Source: Rhizophagus irregularis (taxonomy: Eukaryota). Taken from it: DNA of 64,000 nt. The notes under the pieces were generated by a model. It saw only the letters and a list, made by a program, of their open reading frames with translations, had not been told where the DNA came from and made no database searches. Both the position numbers and the translations under genes were made by a program. The stretch covers positions 3,596,001-3,660,000 of the forward strand of contig NC_089434.1 in assembly GCF_026210795.1 (NCBI RefSeq). Reading direction: 5' to 3'. How positions within the stretch are numbered: the stretch's first letter is position 1; each line of letters starts with the position of its first letter. Below are positions 12,561-27,689 of this stretch, one piece after another.

Positions 12561-15500
12561 AAGTTTTTACGATTCGAATTTTTTTTTTAAAAAAAAATAA
12601 AAGTCGATCGCTTTTATTGTTTGTTATTCTTTCAAGTATTATTAAACTTCAAAAGAAGTTGTTAATCTTGTTTTAAAAAAATACTGCGGCTCTTTCTTTT
12701 TTTAATATATATTACATAAAAAAAGAAACCAATGAAAAGTTTTGAAAGAATCGAGAAAAGTATTAAAAAACTACTACCGAATATTACTATCAAAAAAGAA
12801 GAAAAAAACTCATCAAAGCAGAAAAAAAAGAGAATTTTTTTATCATTGCTAAAAAAGTATTGAAATAGGGTTATATTTATATGAAATTTTTTTTTTTCGA
12901 TCCCGATGTTTCTAGCCAAGTAATAAAAAAATACTTTAGTTAGTAATAAATAAAAAAAAAATTATTTTTAGAATCATATTATCATAAAAAAAAAATCGCA
13001 GCATAAAAAAAATTTTTTTTTTAAACTTTTTTTTTTTTTTTTTTTGAAATTTTTGAAACACTACGGATCAATTGATTTTCACAATGAAGTAAAAAGTTTA
13101 TCAATTTTATTTTATTTTTTTTTTTAAAAAAAAATTATTATTTGCGAAATAGATCCTTCGTTAGTTCCTTTCAATTTTAAAGGTTATTAAAATGATATTT
13201 TTAACTCGAAAAAATATTTTCTTTTTCTTATTCATCTTAAAAAAAAAAGTGGTTTCAATATTACTCCTATATTACTATAGGAATTCTTTAACAGAATCTA
13301 AATTTGAAAATCGGTCTAAATCACGTGATTTATAGGAGTTCAAATTACTCTTGTGTAATAAAATAAAATAAAAATAAAATAAATAAACAATAAAATTTTT
13401 TCTTGCTTCTTTGTTAATAATTTTTTTTTAAAAAAAAAAGAGAAAAAAAAATACAAAATGTAAATAAAATATAATATATTACTAGGCTGCATGAGCCCCC
13501 ACATAATCTTAAATTTTTTTTTTAATCTAAAAGAAAGGCGTAAATCAATAAGTATATATATATAACCTAAATTTTGAATTTATGTTGTCTCTCGTTTACT
13601 TGGGATGCAAGGTTATAAAAAGAATTTTTTTTCATATTGTACTTTTAATAAATGCACGCATATTATGTTACAGTTACACAGATCATAAAAAAGAAATTAT
13701 ATCAAAGCGAGTCATAACTTTTATATTTCAGTATAAAAATAGATAATATTTCATAGAAATATAACATATTCATTGGAATTTAAACAGTCAAAATTAATAT
13801 AGAGCGGTTAGCGTTAAAATATGAATTTCTTTTATATTGCAATTCACACTTGTAATGTTATTATTATACTAGTACATAAATATTCGGAATCTAATTAAAT
13901 GCTAATCCATAATAAGCAACCTATTTCGGATAAAATTAGTGAAGCACATGTGCATATGATTTACATTTTTCAAAGAAAAAAAATTTTTCTTTGCTACAAC
14001 CCTAGAACTTTATTATCTGTTATGAACAAATCATTTTTCGTTTATAAAAAAAAAAAAAAAATACTATAAACGTAAATATATGCATGTATATTAATTATTA
14101 ACTTTAAAATAATAAGTTTTTTTTTTGCCCATGCGAACTATAAACTTTCTTGTAGTTTAAAAAAAAAAATGTTGTATCATGTCGTAAAAAAATAAAAATA
14201 CGTAATAAATATTACGCCCAAGTATTTTTTTTTTTATGGAGATGAAATTTCTTTCTTTTTATTTTTTTTAAAGTCCGAAATGTAACAAAGTATTATATTT
14301 TTTTCTTCTATGTAAGGAAGAAATATATTATAGATAAAAATATTTAAACTATAAATAGTTTATACCAGTTATTATGTACTAGCCATTTACATCCCTTTTC
14401 AATTTTAAATGCGCTAAATGAACCAATCATCATCAAAACGGTAAAAAAAAGGAAAAACTCTTTTTCAATGACAGTGGCGGTGTTGTCTGATTGAAATTTA
14501 ATTTCTTTAGAAAGAAAAAAAGAAGGGATAAAATACCTTCCCCTAATAATCTGATAAAAAAGTAATAGTTTAAAAAAAAATCATGCATGAAATAAAAAAC
14601 GTGACAAATTATGAAACAGTCACACAGAGTTTGATTATATTGTTAACATATTTAGATTTTAGACCGAAAGTGAAACTATACCAAAGAATGAATCCAGGGC
14701 GAAACGTCATATTGCGTAAAAAAAAAAATTATGGATTATGATAATAAATATTACGTAAATTATGTAAATTAATCTTATCCATCATGATAACAGTGATTCG
14801 GATAAAATTACGTAGGGTCAATAGGGCATGGCGCAATGACCACATAAAAAAGCTTTTTTCCTTTCTTTTGAAAAAAACACCCGAACCAATAGTTTAATGT
14901 TATGTTCATGCGGCTTATACCCTTACTACCCTTACTTTAAAAAAAGAATAAAAAAGGGTTGTACAACAGATTGTAAGGTAAAAAAATAATTACATATATA
15001 TATATACAATAATATAATAAAATGCCCAGCCTAAATTTTTTATAGGCATGAAAAGAATTTTTTTAAATTTTTTAAAGACTAACCACTTATCTTTGCTCCC
15101 AGAATAACCTTTCAAAGCAAACCCAAATCTTTTTATAAAAATTTTTTTTTTGTAACTTAAGATTTAATAAATAATAAATAATTAAAATTTACGTCATGAA
15201 TTATATAAAATATTATATAATATTAATTATTTGGTACGCAAAAAATTTTTTTTTTTTACCCGTAAATAGTTTTATCGGATATTACATGCATTTACATGCA
15301 TACACCATCGAAACGGTAAAAAAATTAGTGGCGTCCGATGTCAATGATTGCTTAATTGAAATTTGATTTTTTGGAAAAAAAAAAAATCCCGAAAGGAAAA
15401 AAAATTTGGTAAAATACCTTTTTCTTCAAACAAAGAAGAATTTATTATTTTAATAATGGTAAAAAGGGTAACAATAGCTGTAAAACTAACTTAAAGTGGA

Positions 15501-17379
15501 AAATTGACAAAATAGGTACGACAATTGACACAATCACATTATAATGTTCGAAAAGATAAGGTATAACATCGTCATATTTGCATAGGTTGAATGTAAACTT
15601 GCGGAGTCATACGGAAAAATTCGGAAAAATTTTTATGTAATATTTCGACAGCTCCGGCTTATCATCAAAAAAAAAAATAAATAAAACGCCATAATAATAA
15701 ATCAATCATCTGATGCCCATTTTTGTTTTATCTACTCAAATGACCACGACTTCTGCCTCTCAGGTCTCAACTTTAAATATATTATTTATTTATATTAAAT
15801 TAAGTAAATAAATTCACATAAATAATAAATAATATGGAAGTTTATTATTGTCATGTGTCTCTTAGATTTCTTTCTGGAAAAGTAATATACAGGCAGATAG
15901 TGTGGCTTGCTGTAATAGTTGTAACAGGTTGTAAAGGTTGTAACGTAAAGCCGTAAAAATGTAATTTTATGCCGTAATTGGTGTAACGGTTTAAATGGGT
16001 GTAATGTTGAATATTAATCTGCAATTCTAATTGTTTCAGTACATTAAGATATTAATAAAGTCAATAACTTAATTCCGGCCGGAATTAGGTTTTTTTTAAT
16101 TGTCAAATTTAATTTTGGCCAGACTTTTGAGTCACTAATTTGTGACACATATATCAGACCGATATTAATGTTTTAATCACAAATTAATCTCACTAATTTG
16201 AAATACAACCAATTACGACTTACATATTACAACTTCAATACAGTCAAGCAATAATGTAATCGAAAAAATTAAAGAATAATTGTTGTTTCACAGAACAATG
16301 TCAAATATGTTAATGTTATGTAATATGTCGTTAATAGCTTTTATTTTTTTTCGTTATATTAGGACCCGAAATACATATCGATATAAAAAGGATTAAACTT
16401 TATAGTTCCAAAAGGTAGTTTAACACTAAATTTATTATAAATAATAATTTGATTGGAGGGAAACCCTGTGAAAATTATTAGATATCTCCACTATTATTAT
16501 TAAATCTATCCGGTTCTTCATTATACGGATTATACGGATTTCTAATTTAAGAATTTGTGAGTGAAACATAATTTAAAATTGCAAATTTTGTCAGCAATAT
16601 TCGAAAATGACGAGATGGTTAAGAAATTTATTACTGAATTTAATAGTTTTTATTTACCTTTGTTATAAATTTAAAGTATCGAAACTGATTAGAGCGAACT
16701 CAAGTTTCAGAACCGGATTTACTACTCCTGATGGTATAAACAGCATACAGCATAAATCAGTGCCACCGCCACTTTTAAATGCGCGGGAATGGTATATATC
16801 CATTTTAGGAAAAGCTAAAATTTGTCACATATGTCACTCCCTTTATTTTATCACCCTTCATCCTTTTTGCCTGTTTTGAACATTTCTTATGTTCATCAAC
16901 GATTTCCAGAATAGAATAAATTGGAAATAGACTTTGACAAAAGAGAAATAAATTTTAGAATAAAGAAATTTAAATATGAATATGTAATTGTAAAATTTAA
17001 AACATTTTATTGTTTAATTTCTTCATCACATACCACCGGTACATATTTTTTAAAAACAAAATTTGATAACTTTGAATATTTAATTATTTAAATAACTAAT
17101 AAGATTTAAGAGACTCCTAATAATGAAATTGCAATAAAAGTTCAATAACTAAGTTTTATAGATAATATTTCATTGAAATATTGATTGAAATTAAAAAAAA
17201 ATTTGGGCAGATTTGCTGATCGATTCTTAAGATTTATTAATGAATCTGGCTATATTCTACAAATTATATAATAATCCAAACTAACCACCATATATATACT
17301 ATAATTCATATTCTAATTTATAAGTCAAACTGATAATTATTTCATTGATTTTTTCTTAATATTATTAGATTAGGTTTAA

Positions 17380-17899
17380 GGCCACCCAATTTCGAAATTT
17401 CAATAAAAAAAAGTTTATAAATAAAAAGTTTATCACGTGATCAATACGTGATTTTATTGGCGGTAATTTTATCACGTGGCTGAGAACTTCTGGAGAGAAA
17501 ATAAATTCTTTAATCCCCTGTCGCACTAAGTGTCACTCATGATCACCTTCATACTAATTTTTAAAAATTGCGAGTGATTAGCTGAGTTTATAAATGACCG
17601 GGAATCTTCGTTTAGTTATTTCCCGGTCTCATATAGATAGCCAGGAAATTACTAATTTTAGTTTAAAATAGTTAAAATAGTTAATATTTAATGAGTCACG
17701 CTCCAGGGGATTACCCATTTATTTCCAACTCCCCATGAAATAAATAATACCTAATTACCCCCCTCCTTTAAAAGTCAACCAATCAGATGTCACGATTTTT
17801 ATATATAAACTTTTTTTGTTAATAAACAATAAACCCGGGTCCCCGGGTCAATTTTAAATTTCAATGTTACGTGAACCGAAAAATTGAATTTGTGTGGCC
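17380..17899. mobile_element. PIF/Harbinger (Tourist-like) MITE, 520 bp
   Basis: TIRs ggccacccaatttc / gaatttgtgtggcc, flanked by TAA on both sides (17377-79 and 17900-02). Confidence 0.7.
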
Positions 17900-18397
17900 T
17901 AATTCTAAAAAAAATGCAAAAATTATCATTTACAACCTAATTTTAAGTAATCTTTTATAAAAGTTTTCTTTCCCGATAATACTATGATGTAGGATTTTGG
18001 CATCATTTTACTTTTAATATTACTTATTTTTAATGAGTTCAGCATATTATATAATTATAACACAAAGTGCAAATTCTGGAGGTGAAGATCTCGAACTCAA
18101 TCTTGACAAATTCATAATCCTGAAAGTTCTTTTTTCTTTTTAAGCTTAAAGTGGGTCGCAATCATTTCATTTCATTGACAATGATACCGACAGGGTCATT
18201 TCGTGCCGACGATTACTGTAGAATAAATTTCAAAACCGACGGTGAAATAACTGTCGGTAAAATGATCCCGTCATGAAATGTTTGTTGATGAAACGATTGA
18301 AACGTTTGTCGGTAAAATAATTGTCATTGCATACGCACCACTCATTAGGACACTGAAAGGTACATAAAAAAGGTTAGGTCTGAAAATTCATAGAATG

Positions 18398-18885
18398 GTC
18401 ACGTAGATATCGCCTTTTATGGATAACTCCGGTCAAATTTTTATTACCCTTATTAGATATTGGCTGACATTATCTTAATTCCGGCCCTAAAGAAATGCGT
18501 ACATGTACTCTTCACTCATTTTTACGACCTAAGAGAAAAGTATGTGACCGAAAAATTTAGATTTACATTCTATAATATGTTAATTACATGGCAACAAAAT
18601 ATTTTCACGTACCATATACATTTACTCCGGGTTTGATTTTGGAAAAACTTTCGTATTTAACAAATTACAAGTATGGCACACTTTTGGTAATTGAAGATCA
18701 AACATTTTTTTTTCGGGGTGAGTTAGGACCCCGAGCTATATATATATATAGCAGCCAAAAAAAAAACTTACTATTGGCTCTACGCATTTTTTCAGGGCCG
18801 GAATTATTATAATGCCAGTCAGCGTCTAAAAAAGGAAATAAATTCCGGCCGGAATTATCTATAAAAGGAAAGATCTACATGATTA
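18398..18885. mobile_element. Foldback/MITE-like element of a dispersed repeat family (attatcataattccggccctgaaaaaatgtgtac)
   Basis: Imperfect ~100-bp inverted arms (about 18400-18502 vs 18780-18882). The same core recurs at about 37420, 44925 and 51800. Confidence 0.6.
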
Positions 18886-19369
18886 TTTTGGTCAATTCTA
18901 CGCATATGACATTTAATTTCAATCTCGTATTCAATTTAATTCATTATTTACATGATTAAAACCCGTAATTTATGCAAGTCAAGACTCGAATATTGTTGGC
19001 AAATCTATCGCATCCTAACAATACTCATAATCGGCAAAATACATATTACGATAAATGGCGATTTCAATTTATTTATTCAAAGTTCAAACAACTCTTACAA
19101 CTTTTTCAATTTTTTTCCCTTTTTATTCGATCTTTAGTCAAAGATAAACATGTGAGAAAATTTTTATTCCGTATTTTTTTATATTATAATCAACTTATTT
19201 AGTAAGAAATAGTTGCAATTCTAGTACTAGTCTTGTATTATTATGAATAATAATTTAATAAGATAATAATTTTTTAGTTCGAAGCTATTTCAACATACTA
19301 CCTACTTAAAAATAATAAAAATAAGAAATTCATTGCTGATAAGTGATAACAGTAAAATTTCAGATTCCC

Positions 19370-20330
19370 TTAAGCTTCGATATTTTCTGTTGCTTTTTTG
19401 TTTTTAACAAGCCCACGAGACTCTATGCATTGTAGTGAACATGCTATAAGATAGAGACCAATAAACCCATACCCAACATACTTTGTATATATCAAGACAA
19501 GTGGTGTTGCGAAGTGTAATAAAATAAACGGTAGAGCGGCCATTTTTATCTTTAAGTCATACTGATAAAAACACTTTTCATGCTGTGAGTTCTTTCATAA
19601 TAAATTTTTTGGAACTCTGAATACCGGCGAGAAGCTTTACTATCAACATTTTTTGACGTGGTTACCTAAAAGACAGAACTATTATCAAAACAACGGGCAG
19701 TAAATAGAATCCAAACTGCAAGTATCGATTTTGTCGCATAGTAATGATTTGAAATGAACAGGCAGAACATAAGTGACTGGACTGTGAAACGCTGATTAAA
19801 TACTATCAGTGCAGAGTTCTTGTTTTTTATAAGGACAAGAAATGCTACCACAGATAAAATTCCAAAGCCGGAGAACAGAAAAGTTGGAATGATATCTAAT
19901 CGGTCTATATTGACATTTGCGTGCAAGTAATAAAACTTGAAACAACAGACTTAAGAAATGATGAAAAGTATTAATGTAGCCAGCACGAGACCCGAAAGCA
20001 CTTGCAATGAGAGAGCCGCCATCAGTAGTTAAATCAAATACATGATGAATAATTAAATGGAAAATATATATGATGAGAGGAAGTGTTAAGAATACCACAG
20101 ATACAATCAAAAATTTTAATTCCAGATTAAGGATGAAAATGTGTATATGATGATGGATATTGGAATACCAAGAGAGTTTAGCAGGAACAACGCCATGTCA
20201 ATTTTCGCATTTGTTCTCATGTATTGTTCTCCAAAAGAAATTGACAAAAAGATTGGTACAAAGCTGTTACTACTGCATCAAATACATCGTTGGTAGGATG
20301 AGTATTCGTCACTAGGACCCGCTTTAACAT
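19370..20330 (-). pseudogene. Frameshifted multi-pass membrane protein gene remnant
   Basis: Overlapping hydrophobic ORF fragments in different frames (19796-20110, 19666-19926, plus flanking pieces) with coding-like GC. Family not recognised. Confidence 0.35.
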
Positions 20331-23300
20331 ATTGTATTTTTTGAAATAAAAGAACTAGAAAAAATAGCAAGTAGACCATGACAAATTATGACTAGTTATT
20401 GAGCAGGAGCAATTGCGTGTTTGCAATCATTTAAATGTTTCAATTATTTGAAGCATAATGTTTACATATTGTGTGCATAAGATTATTCTACCAATGTTTG
20501 TATGATAAATAGTCATTGTCTCTACTAATTTCGGTCATGCTGTCACATAGTAACAATGTGACAAATAAGGTGTGACCAAATAATAAATAGTAAAAATGGA
20601 AATCAGAGGCGTGAAATGAGAGGTGACAATTGTTTTAAAGCCGTGTGATCAAACAATTAAATAATTCAAACATGGTGTACATTACAATAATGCATGACCC
20701 CCAAATTTTTTTATTATCTGTTTTGTTCCAAATTTTGCCACGATAATCGATTTTTTATTCAGGTTCGGCGCTAGTGACGCGCAATAATTTTGACCTGAAA
20801 TGATCGGCATTACTTTTATAATGATTGGCTAATTGTCACGTGTAGGAATAAAATTATAAAAATCTATTATACGGCATTTTAATCAAATTTAGGCCGGAAT
20901 TATGATTTTGTCCAGAATTAAGAAAATTTCGGCCAGATTATATATCTATTCGAAAATCATTAATTTATATATACTAATTAAATGATCATGCATTTATTAA
21001 TAAGTATAATCATAATATGACCAATGATAGTTGTCATAAAGAAAACGTGTCACCAGCGGGGCCAACTAATTTTTTTTTTTATTAAATGCATAAAATTGTT
21101 AGTTATGTATACCAAAATTACCTGATAGACTATCATATGACTAAATAATTGGTTGAATAAAAATCTACATTTGGCGAAACTTAAAATTATTCAACATAAA
21201 GTAAAGAAACCATTTCTCACCTGCATAGTAAATTTAATGAGTATTATTAGAAAGTAAGTATGCTTTAATAAAACAAAATGTAAAATAGAAAATTTATATA
21301 GTCACAATAGTTATGAATATTTTAAAAGTATTTTAAAACTTCAATGAACATTGTTTTTTTTTTATGATAATTTTTATAAAGTTATCTATTTTTTATATTT
21401 TTCAAGTTAATATACTAACTAATTCACATTTATTTTATTGTACACATTATAGGAACTTTACACTCAAACTGATTGTAAAACATAATATACTTTCAATTTT
21501 ACAAAAAAAATTCCAGAAAATTATTGTGCAAAGTGAGATCCCATAACGATTATTATCAATATTATCAGAATCATATTTATTATATTCTTGGCTTAAAAGA
21601 AGTATTTATCAAATTATTGTATAGCAAAACAAAAAATAAAAATTTTTTAATGTTCGTCCCCAATCTTACTACGCCTTATGCTTTGTGTAACAAAAATATC
21701 AAAAAATTCACTTTGATTATAGGGTAATCAAAACCGCCGATATAAGCCATAGAACAGATTCATCACTAGGACGTCTTTCTATAAGGACATTCCAGCTATA
21801 GCCGTGATGACTGTAGAATGAAAAGTTATAAACATGAATGATATATAATAAAAAGCGAATGATAATACCCGTGGAAAATTTTTCATTCATTTTCAATATG
21901 CTTCTGAAGACCAGTCTGAGCCCAATACTGACATACGGTAAATGTTTTCTAGAAATAGAGTTTGTACGGTTTCCTATAATATTTTTTTAATATTTTTTTG
22001 CTGTCTTGGAACGGTGTAGCAGTAATCACGGTAATATTTTTATATTTCTTTCGTAATACATTGTTACTATTTCACTCACATTACTTAATTACTAAAGAGA
22101 ATAATGAATGTGTGGATTAGCTTCACTATCTGAACATGCATCTTTGGCAACTATAAATCAACCGACATGTAGACTTATAAAAATAACAACGGCACTCTTT
22201 GAGCATACAAACGAAGAGATAAAAATAGAAATGATAATCCGTTTTTACGTGAGATATACAGTAATCTAATCGGTTAGTCTATATCATAATAATCGAAACT
22301 TGTTAAGAGTTCAGGATCCAAACTATTGATTCAATATGTTTTATCGAAATTTATGTCCAAGTCATAATGTTCATTTTCTAGCTCCTTTGTATTTTTACTT
22401 TCATTTGGTTCCGAACTATTTATTCGATTCGTTATTGTTTTCAGAACAAATACGATCAAGTTCCGAAATTACTTTTACTCACGTTTGATCTTTTTCGTGG
22501 TTCGTGTTGCCAACATTGTGTGATACTTTTATTTAAGTATTTTGTTTACATATGTTTTTTATTTAGATGAAAAAAAAATTGAATGAAATTATACACGGAG
22601 ACCTTGTAAGAATAATTACAGTGCGTGTTATGGGACAAGTTGTTGATTTTGAAAATAATCCTGATAAACTAATTATGTTTGAAATTGTTCCTATTCCAAA
22701 CACAAATCGTAGATTCGTTACGTTTTACGAAAGTAAGTACAAAATATAATATAACGGAGATTTTTTTTTTTACAGTCTGATTTCGAATTATTTAAATAGA
22801 CATTTAAATTATAACATTATTTTATCTTTTAATTTTTTTAATTTCGTAAAACCATAAAAAATGAGTTATAGATGGATGAGAAGCCAGCCTCATTATCTCA
22901 AATTAGAAAAAACGAATTATAATTTATATACGTAACGACAACAAAAAAAGATTATATAAACAAACTATATCAATGAAGTGGTTGAACTATCTCGTTATCT
23001 AAATATTTTTCTAGTCTATTGGTATTGGTAGTGGTAATAATATTAGTGTAAATAAGATAAATGTAAAAATAACAATATCGGTTTCATGTAAATAGTAAGT
23101 AAACGGGAAAATAATAAATAGATATATATATATACAATTGAATACGTTATTCTGGTAAGATTTTAAAGATTCTAAGAATTCTTTAATTATTTATTGCTGC
23201 TTTCAATATGGCGTGCTATTGAAAACAGCGCAGTAATATAAATAGTAAAGTACAAATTGTTGAAAAATTAATAAAATCCTTTTATTGGTTATTTTTAGTT

Positions 23301-23468
23301 TATTGATCGCTGTTTCTAAGTTGAAAACGTCAGCAGATAGGTGTCTCTTATTTTTTGGAAATCGACAAGTAGATGATAATATAAAAAAGTTCGAAGTTCG
23401 TTATAGTAAAATCATTTGGAAGAGGAATGTAAATCAGTTGAATACGAAGAAAAGGAAATATTAGTTTA

Positions 23469-23735
23469 TTAAAAAGATGATCCATTAAAAATATCATTCA
23501 CGAATGGATCATTCGTAACTTGCGCAGGTAACCTTCTAATAAACGAATATAATGCATCTTCTTTTCTTAGTAGTTCTCGTCGATTTCTACGTCCGCGAAT
23601 AAAAGGAGAATAATGTGACTCGTAAGGTTGAACCGAAGAAGTATTATTCAAAGAAATAGACTCTTTAAAATTGCTGATTATGTAGTTTGTATTGCCGTTA
23701 TTAATTTCGCTAACTTTGTTCAAATGGTGATCCAT
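23469..23735 (-). CDS. Small protein (88 aa), TNDPF/FNGSxF C-terminal motif family
   Basis: Intact ATG-TAA. Ends RGRRNRR..RRLPAQVTNDPFVNDIFNGSSF, matching other copies in the window. Confidence 0.8.
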   Translation of the reverse strand: MDHHLNKVSEINNGNTNYIISNFKESISLNNTSSVQPYESHYSPFIRGRRNRRELLRKEDALYSFIRRLPAQVTNDPFVNDIFNGSSF

Positions 23736-24418
23736 TATAAAAAGTATGTTTTTTCTTATATAGAATCCTTAATACGGGAAAGAAGAAGAAATGATTTGAA
23801 TAAGTAGAATATAAAGAGTGAAAGACGAAAAAGAAAGGTATTTTTAAGTTATTATATAGAGTTATTATGTGTAGTGAATGTTTTTTTCTTCGATCTTTGA
23901 AACAGTTGTCTAGAAGATAGAGTTTTATTGATTTTGTTGTTTAGAGAAATTACGAGATGAAGGAGGTGACGGTATTTATCCATTTCGTGGCCAATAATGA
24001 GCTTTCATAAAAGGCCTGCCATTATTATTGGCGTTTGTATTAATTTTATTTTAAAAAAAAGCATTTTTTTTTAGTGTTTAATTTAAATAATTAATTACTA
24101 AAGTATAATTTGTTTTGTTAAAAGAAAAAAAAAATTAAAAAATTTGTAATAAAAAACAATCTTTTTATGATAAACAAGTTAATTGACATTGCAGATTTTT
24201 GAAGATTGAGAGTACAAAAAATGTCAACATTCAAATTAGATTAAACTTAAAATAAAAATAAACAGGAAAAAAATAATGAATTCAATGAATATCATGTTAT
24301 GAAAAAAAAAATTTATCTTTTCTTTAGAAGTAAAAATTTTTTTGTGGCACACAAAAAATGCACCCGCAAAATTGTGTGTACACAATATACACTAAATATG
24401 ATGGTGGATAAGGACAAT

Positions 24419-24550
24419 GACATTTTATTACATAATATTTTAGGGGGCGGGTAAAGAAAGGTCTTAATATATAAAGTGTAACATAAGGTTTTATATATTA
24501 TGTGGGGTGGGATTAGACTTATAACAATTGGATATTACGTAATAAATGTC
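24419..24550. mobile_element. ~130-bp MITE (family also at 53492-53594 and 37506-40280)
   Basis: TIRs gacatt(t)tattacataatat / atattacgtaataaatgtc. The internal ttttaggggg..tatata..gggg..cttata layout is shared among the three copies. Confidence 0.65.
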
Positions 24551-25714
24551 TACTGCCATCTATATAATTGATCTTTAACTTTGTTACACTTGCTTTATAA
24601 GGCTTTATTTTCTTTTAGCCCAAATTTGTTCGCTATTGCTAATACTTTGTGATGTAATGATAATGAATATTAATACGAAAAGGAAAAAAACATATTTTAT
24701 TTATATTTGTAACAAGACTTTCTTTTCATTGTTTAAAACTTTATAATTTGGATTGTCGTATACCTTATTTACATACTGTACTATATATTTAACCAAAAGT
24801 GAATGATGCATGCAAAAAGATTTTTTGTCTTTGAAACAAAAAAAAAGAGATTTTATGATTAATGTACGGTAATCGTCTCAGAAAATGCACGGCCATTTAA
24901 AGTAAATAATAATCGACTATTTGCTTTTTAATATATTTATAGTATGTGCAGTACAGTAAGAATAGTAATTAGTGTGTATGATTCATTATAACATTATAAC
25001 CAAATAAATAAATATTCCAATTTTTGACATTAAAATAAAAATTGTGTTATCATAAGCATCATAAAACGCCACACACCTCAAAGATTTATTTCCTGTCATA
25101 CCAAACAATAAAGTAAAATTCGGCTCTTATTTATATAATTTCTTCAATGAAAATACTAGTGCTTGTAAACGCGCATTTAATAATTTTCTATGACGATCAT
25201 TGATTTTAATACATACCATTGTAACACTGTTGTTCTTATTATCTTTATTAGTATTTATAGTAATAATGAATCTATTGAAAGCTGTATAGAGATACATTTC
25301 CGGAGTTTTTTTACAATGGATGAAAAATAATGGATGATTTTTCATTGTTGTTTATTGAAAATTAATGTTGGATTTGGAAAAAAAAAAAGAAATACTCGAG
25401 AGAAAATTTTCTTAATTTGTTTTAGGATCTACCACAATGCCTATATCAGATACCATGTTAATTGAAAAAAAATTTTTTAAGAATACATTGTGGATTCGAA
25501 TTGTTGTGAATGCGAAAATGGTTTAGATTGATATTGTATTGTAATATTTAATTCGATTAAATGAACGAATGGATAATTTTTGACACGCGGAAAAAAAAAA
25601 ATTTCTTTCTTTTTATTAAAAAAAAAGTTTTTTTTTATTAACTATATAAATATAAATTATTTATTTGTTTGTTTATTTATTTATTTATTTTATTTATTTA
25701 TTTATTTATTTTAT

Positions 25715-25745
<31 letters not shown>

Positions 25746-27689
25746 ATTTATTTACTTTTACTTTTTTAAGATTCTATTTATTAAATCATATCTTTCAGTA
25801 ATTATGCAAGCTCATGCATTATTTACAACTAATAGCAGGTAAGCAATGATGTAAATAAATGTTGTCTAAACAAAGCTGTCAATTTTTTTTTGCTTTTTTT
25901 TTGCCACAAATCCATTTTTCTTTTCCATAAAACCAATATTATTTTTTTGTTTTTATTTCGCTTTTTAGTCAAATTTTTCCTTTTACAAAAAAAAATTATT
26001 TCACCTTTCTATAACAACCTTTTCTTCCCACTTACTTTTCAGAAACAATTGAGCGAATTTACTACCAGATTTAATATTATTTTTGAAATATTGGGGAACA
26101 TAACTGATAAGAGAATTGTCAAATGTTATCCAGAATTTTCTTCATTTTGTATATTAACCAACTCAACGTTATACTGTTTCAAGTATAAGCAACAGTTATA
26201 CTAAATTGCAAATCTGGTAAATGAGAATAAAAACTTACTATATGCCAATTGGTCCGTAACTCTGATGTAAATTTTCCAGAGGCCCGCGCGCCGTATAGCG
26301 CCCATATTTCTTACTTTTTTCTGTTGCTTTCCTTTTTCTCCCGAGTTCTTCTAATGGTTGTAATGGCAGTCAAGGGGTATATTCGATATTATTAACGACA
26401 AAGTATATTACTTGTTCAAGAGGTAAACCATTGGAAGACACTTGCCAGCAGCGTTTGGCTCTTGTACGATAATGAGACTTTTATTTATTGCATCTTTACC
26501 CGAAAAGAAAGTGAGGTGAGTAGGTATCAACTCTACGCCTTTACTTTTAATTAGTTCTTTAGTAAAGTCTTTAAGTTTATCACAGAGAGCGATGATAAAC
26601 TTTCCAGGATCATTAAAGTGTAACATTTCTTTTTTCTTATTCCAAATAAGAAACTTGAGATCTTTAATTTTGAAATTTTGTTTTTGACGAACGTTAAATA
26701 ACGTTCGGTTTTTTTGTAGATCCAGGACGCCGAAGGTAATTTCGAATTTTTTTTTTATTTTTAGTTAACGAATATTAGTTAACGTTCGGTTTTCTTAAAG
26801 CAACTACAAACGTGAACAATAAAAGAACAAGAAATAAAAGTCTTTCCTAGGAATATGCAATTCAATGAAATTTTTATTTTGAAGATAATTTGTAAGTATA
26901 TAATGAATTTTTTTTTTTAAAGAAATTTTTAGAGAAAATAAGTTTGAGATAATTTGAGAAAGTTTGAGAGTATATCAGACATATATACTTTATGGGCTAA
27001 TAATAGAATAGACTCTTCTTGATCAGTGGCTTGTAATGACTTATGACGATATAGGTACTTCAAAAAAATTTCTTTTTACTACCTGAAGTAATTTGAAAAA
27101 AACAAACATGGAGGATCAGAAAAAAAAAATTATATATAATAGTTCTCCTTGGAGGTTACTCAAATATTTTAACAACGAAAAAAAAAAAAATTCTTTTTCT
27201 TTAGCGATTTTTTTTTTTGATTTTATCTTACTTTTTTTTTTCTTGAAATTGATAGGGTTTTTAATACTTCTTCTCTTTCAAATTTCTTTTCCATTGGTTC
27301 CTTTTTATATGAAAAAAAAGAAACTACAAGAATTTTTTTCTTTTTATTCAGTTCTCATCTTAAAAAAAACAATATTAGAAATACCCTTTTTTACTAAAAA
27401 CCAATTTTTTTTAACTAACACTTAAATTCTTGCCTGTTAAAAATATATTTCTTTAGAAAAAAAGAATCACCATTATTCTCTTACTCCCCTTATAAAGAAA
27501 TTTTCAATTTTCAAACAACTTGGTATCTTCAAGAAAAGTTATGTGAAAACCGTGAACAAAAAGAATAAAATAAACTCAGAAAAGTTCTTCCCATTTCGAA
27601 CAACTCTCTTGAAAAGCTGCCCAATAATCACAACAATCTGAACGTGGAGGAAATAACAATATTGCTACGATAGGACGAATAGGTAATTT

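Noticed and set aside
21890..22960. Possible multi-exon gene including ORF 22567-22749
   Set aside because: Splice-like sites and coding-like patches exist, but I could not assemble an open frame or recognise a family. It is probably a remnant.
25580..25801. Phe/Ile/Tyr-rich ORFs (also 5366-5563, 12662-12919, 25890-26204, 27093-27425)
   Set aside because: Artefacts of (TTTA)n and poly-A/T low-complexity sequence.
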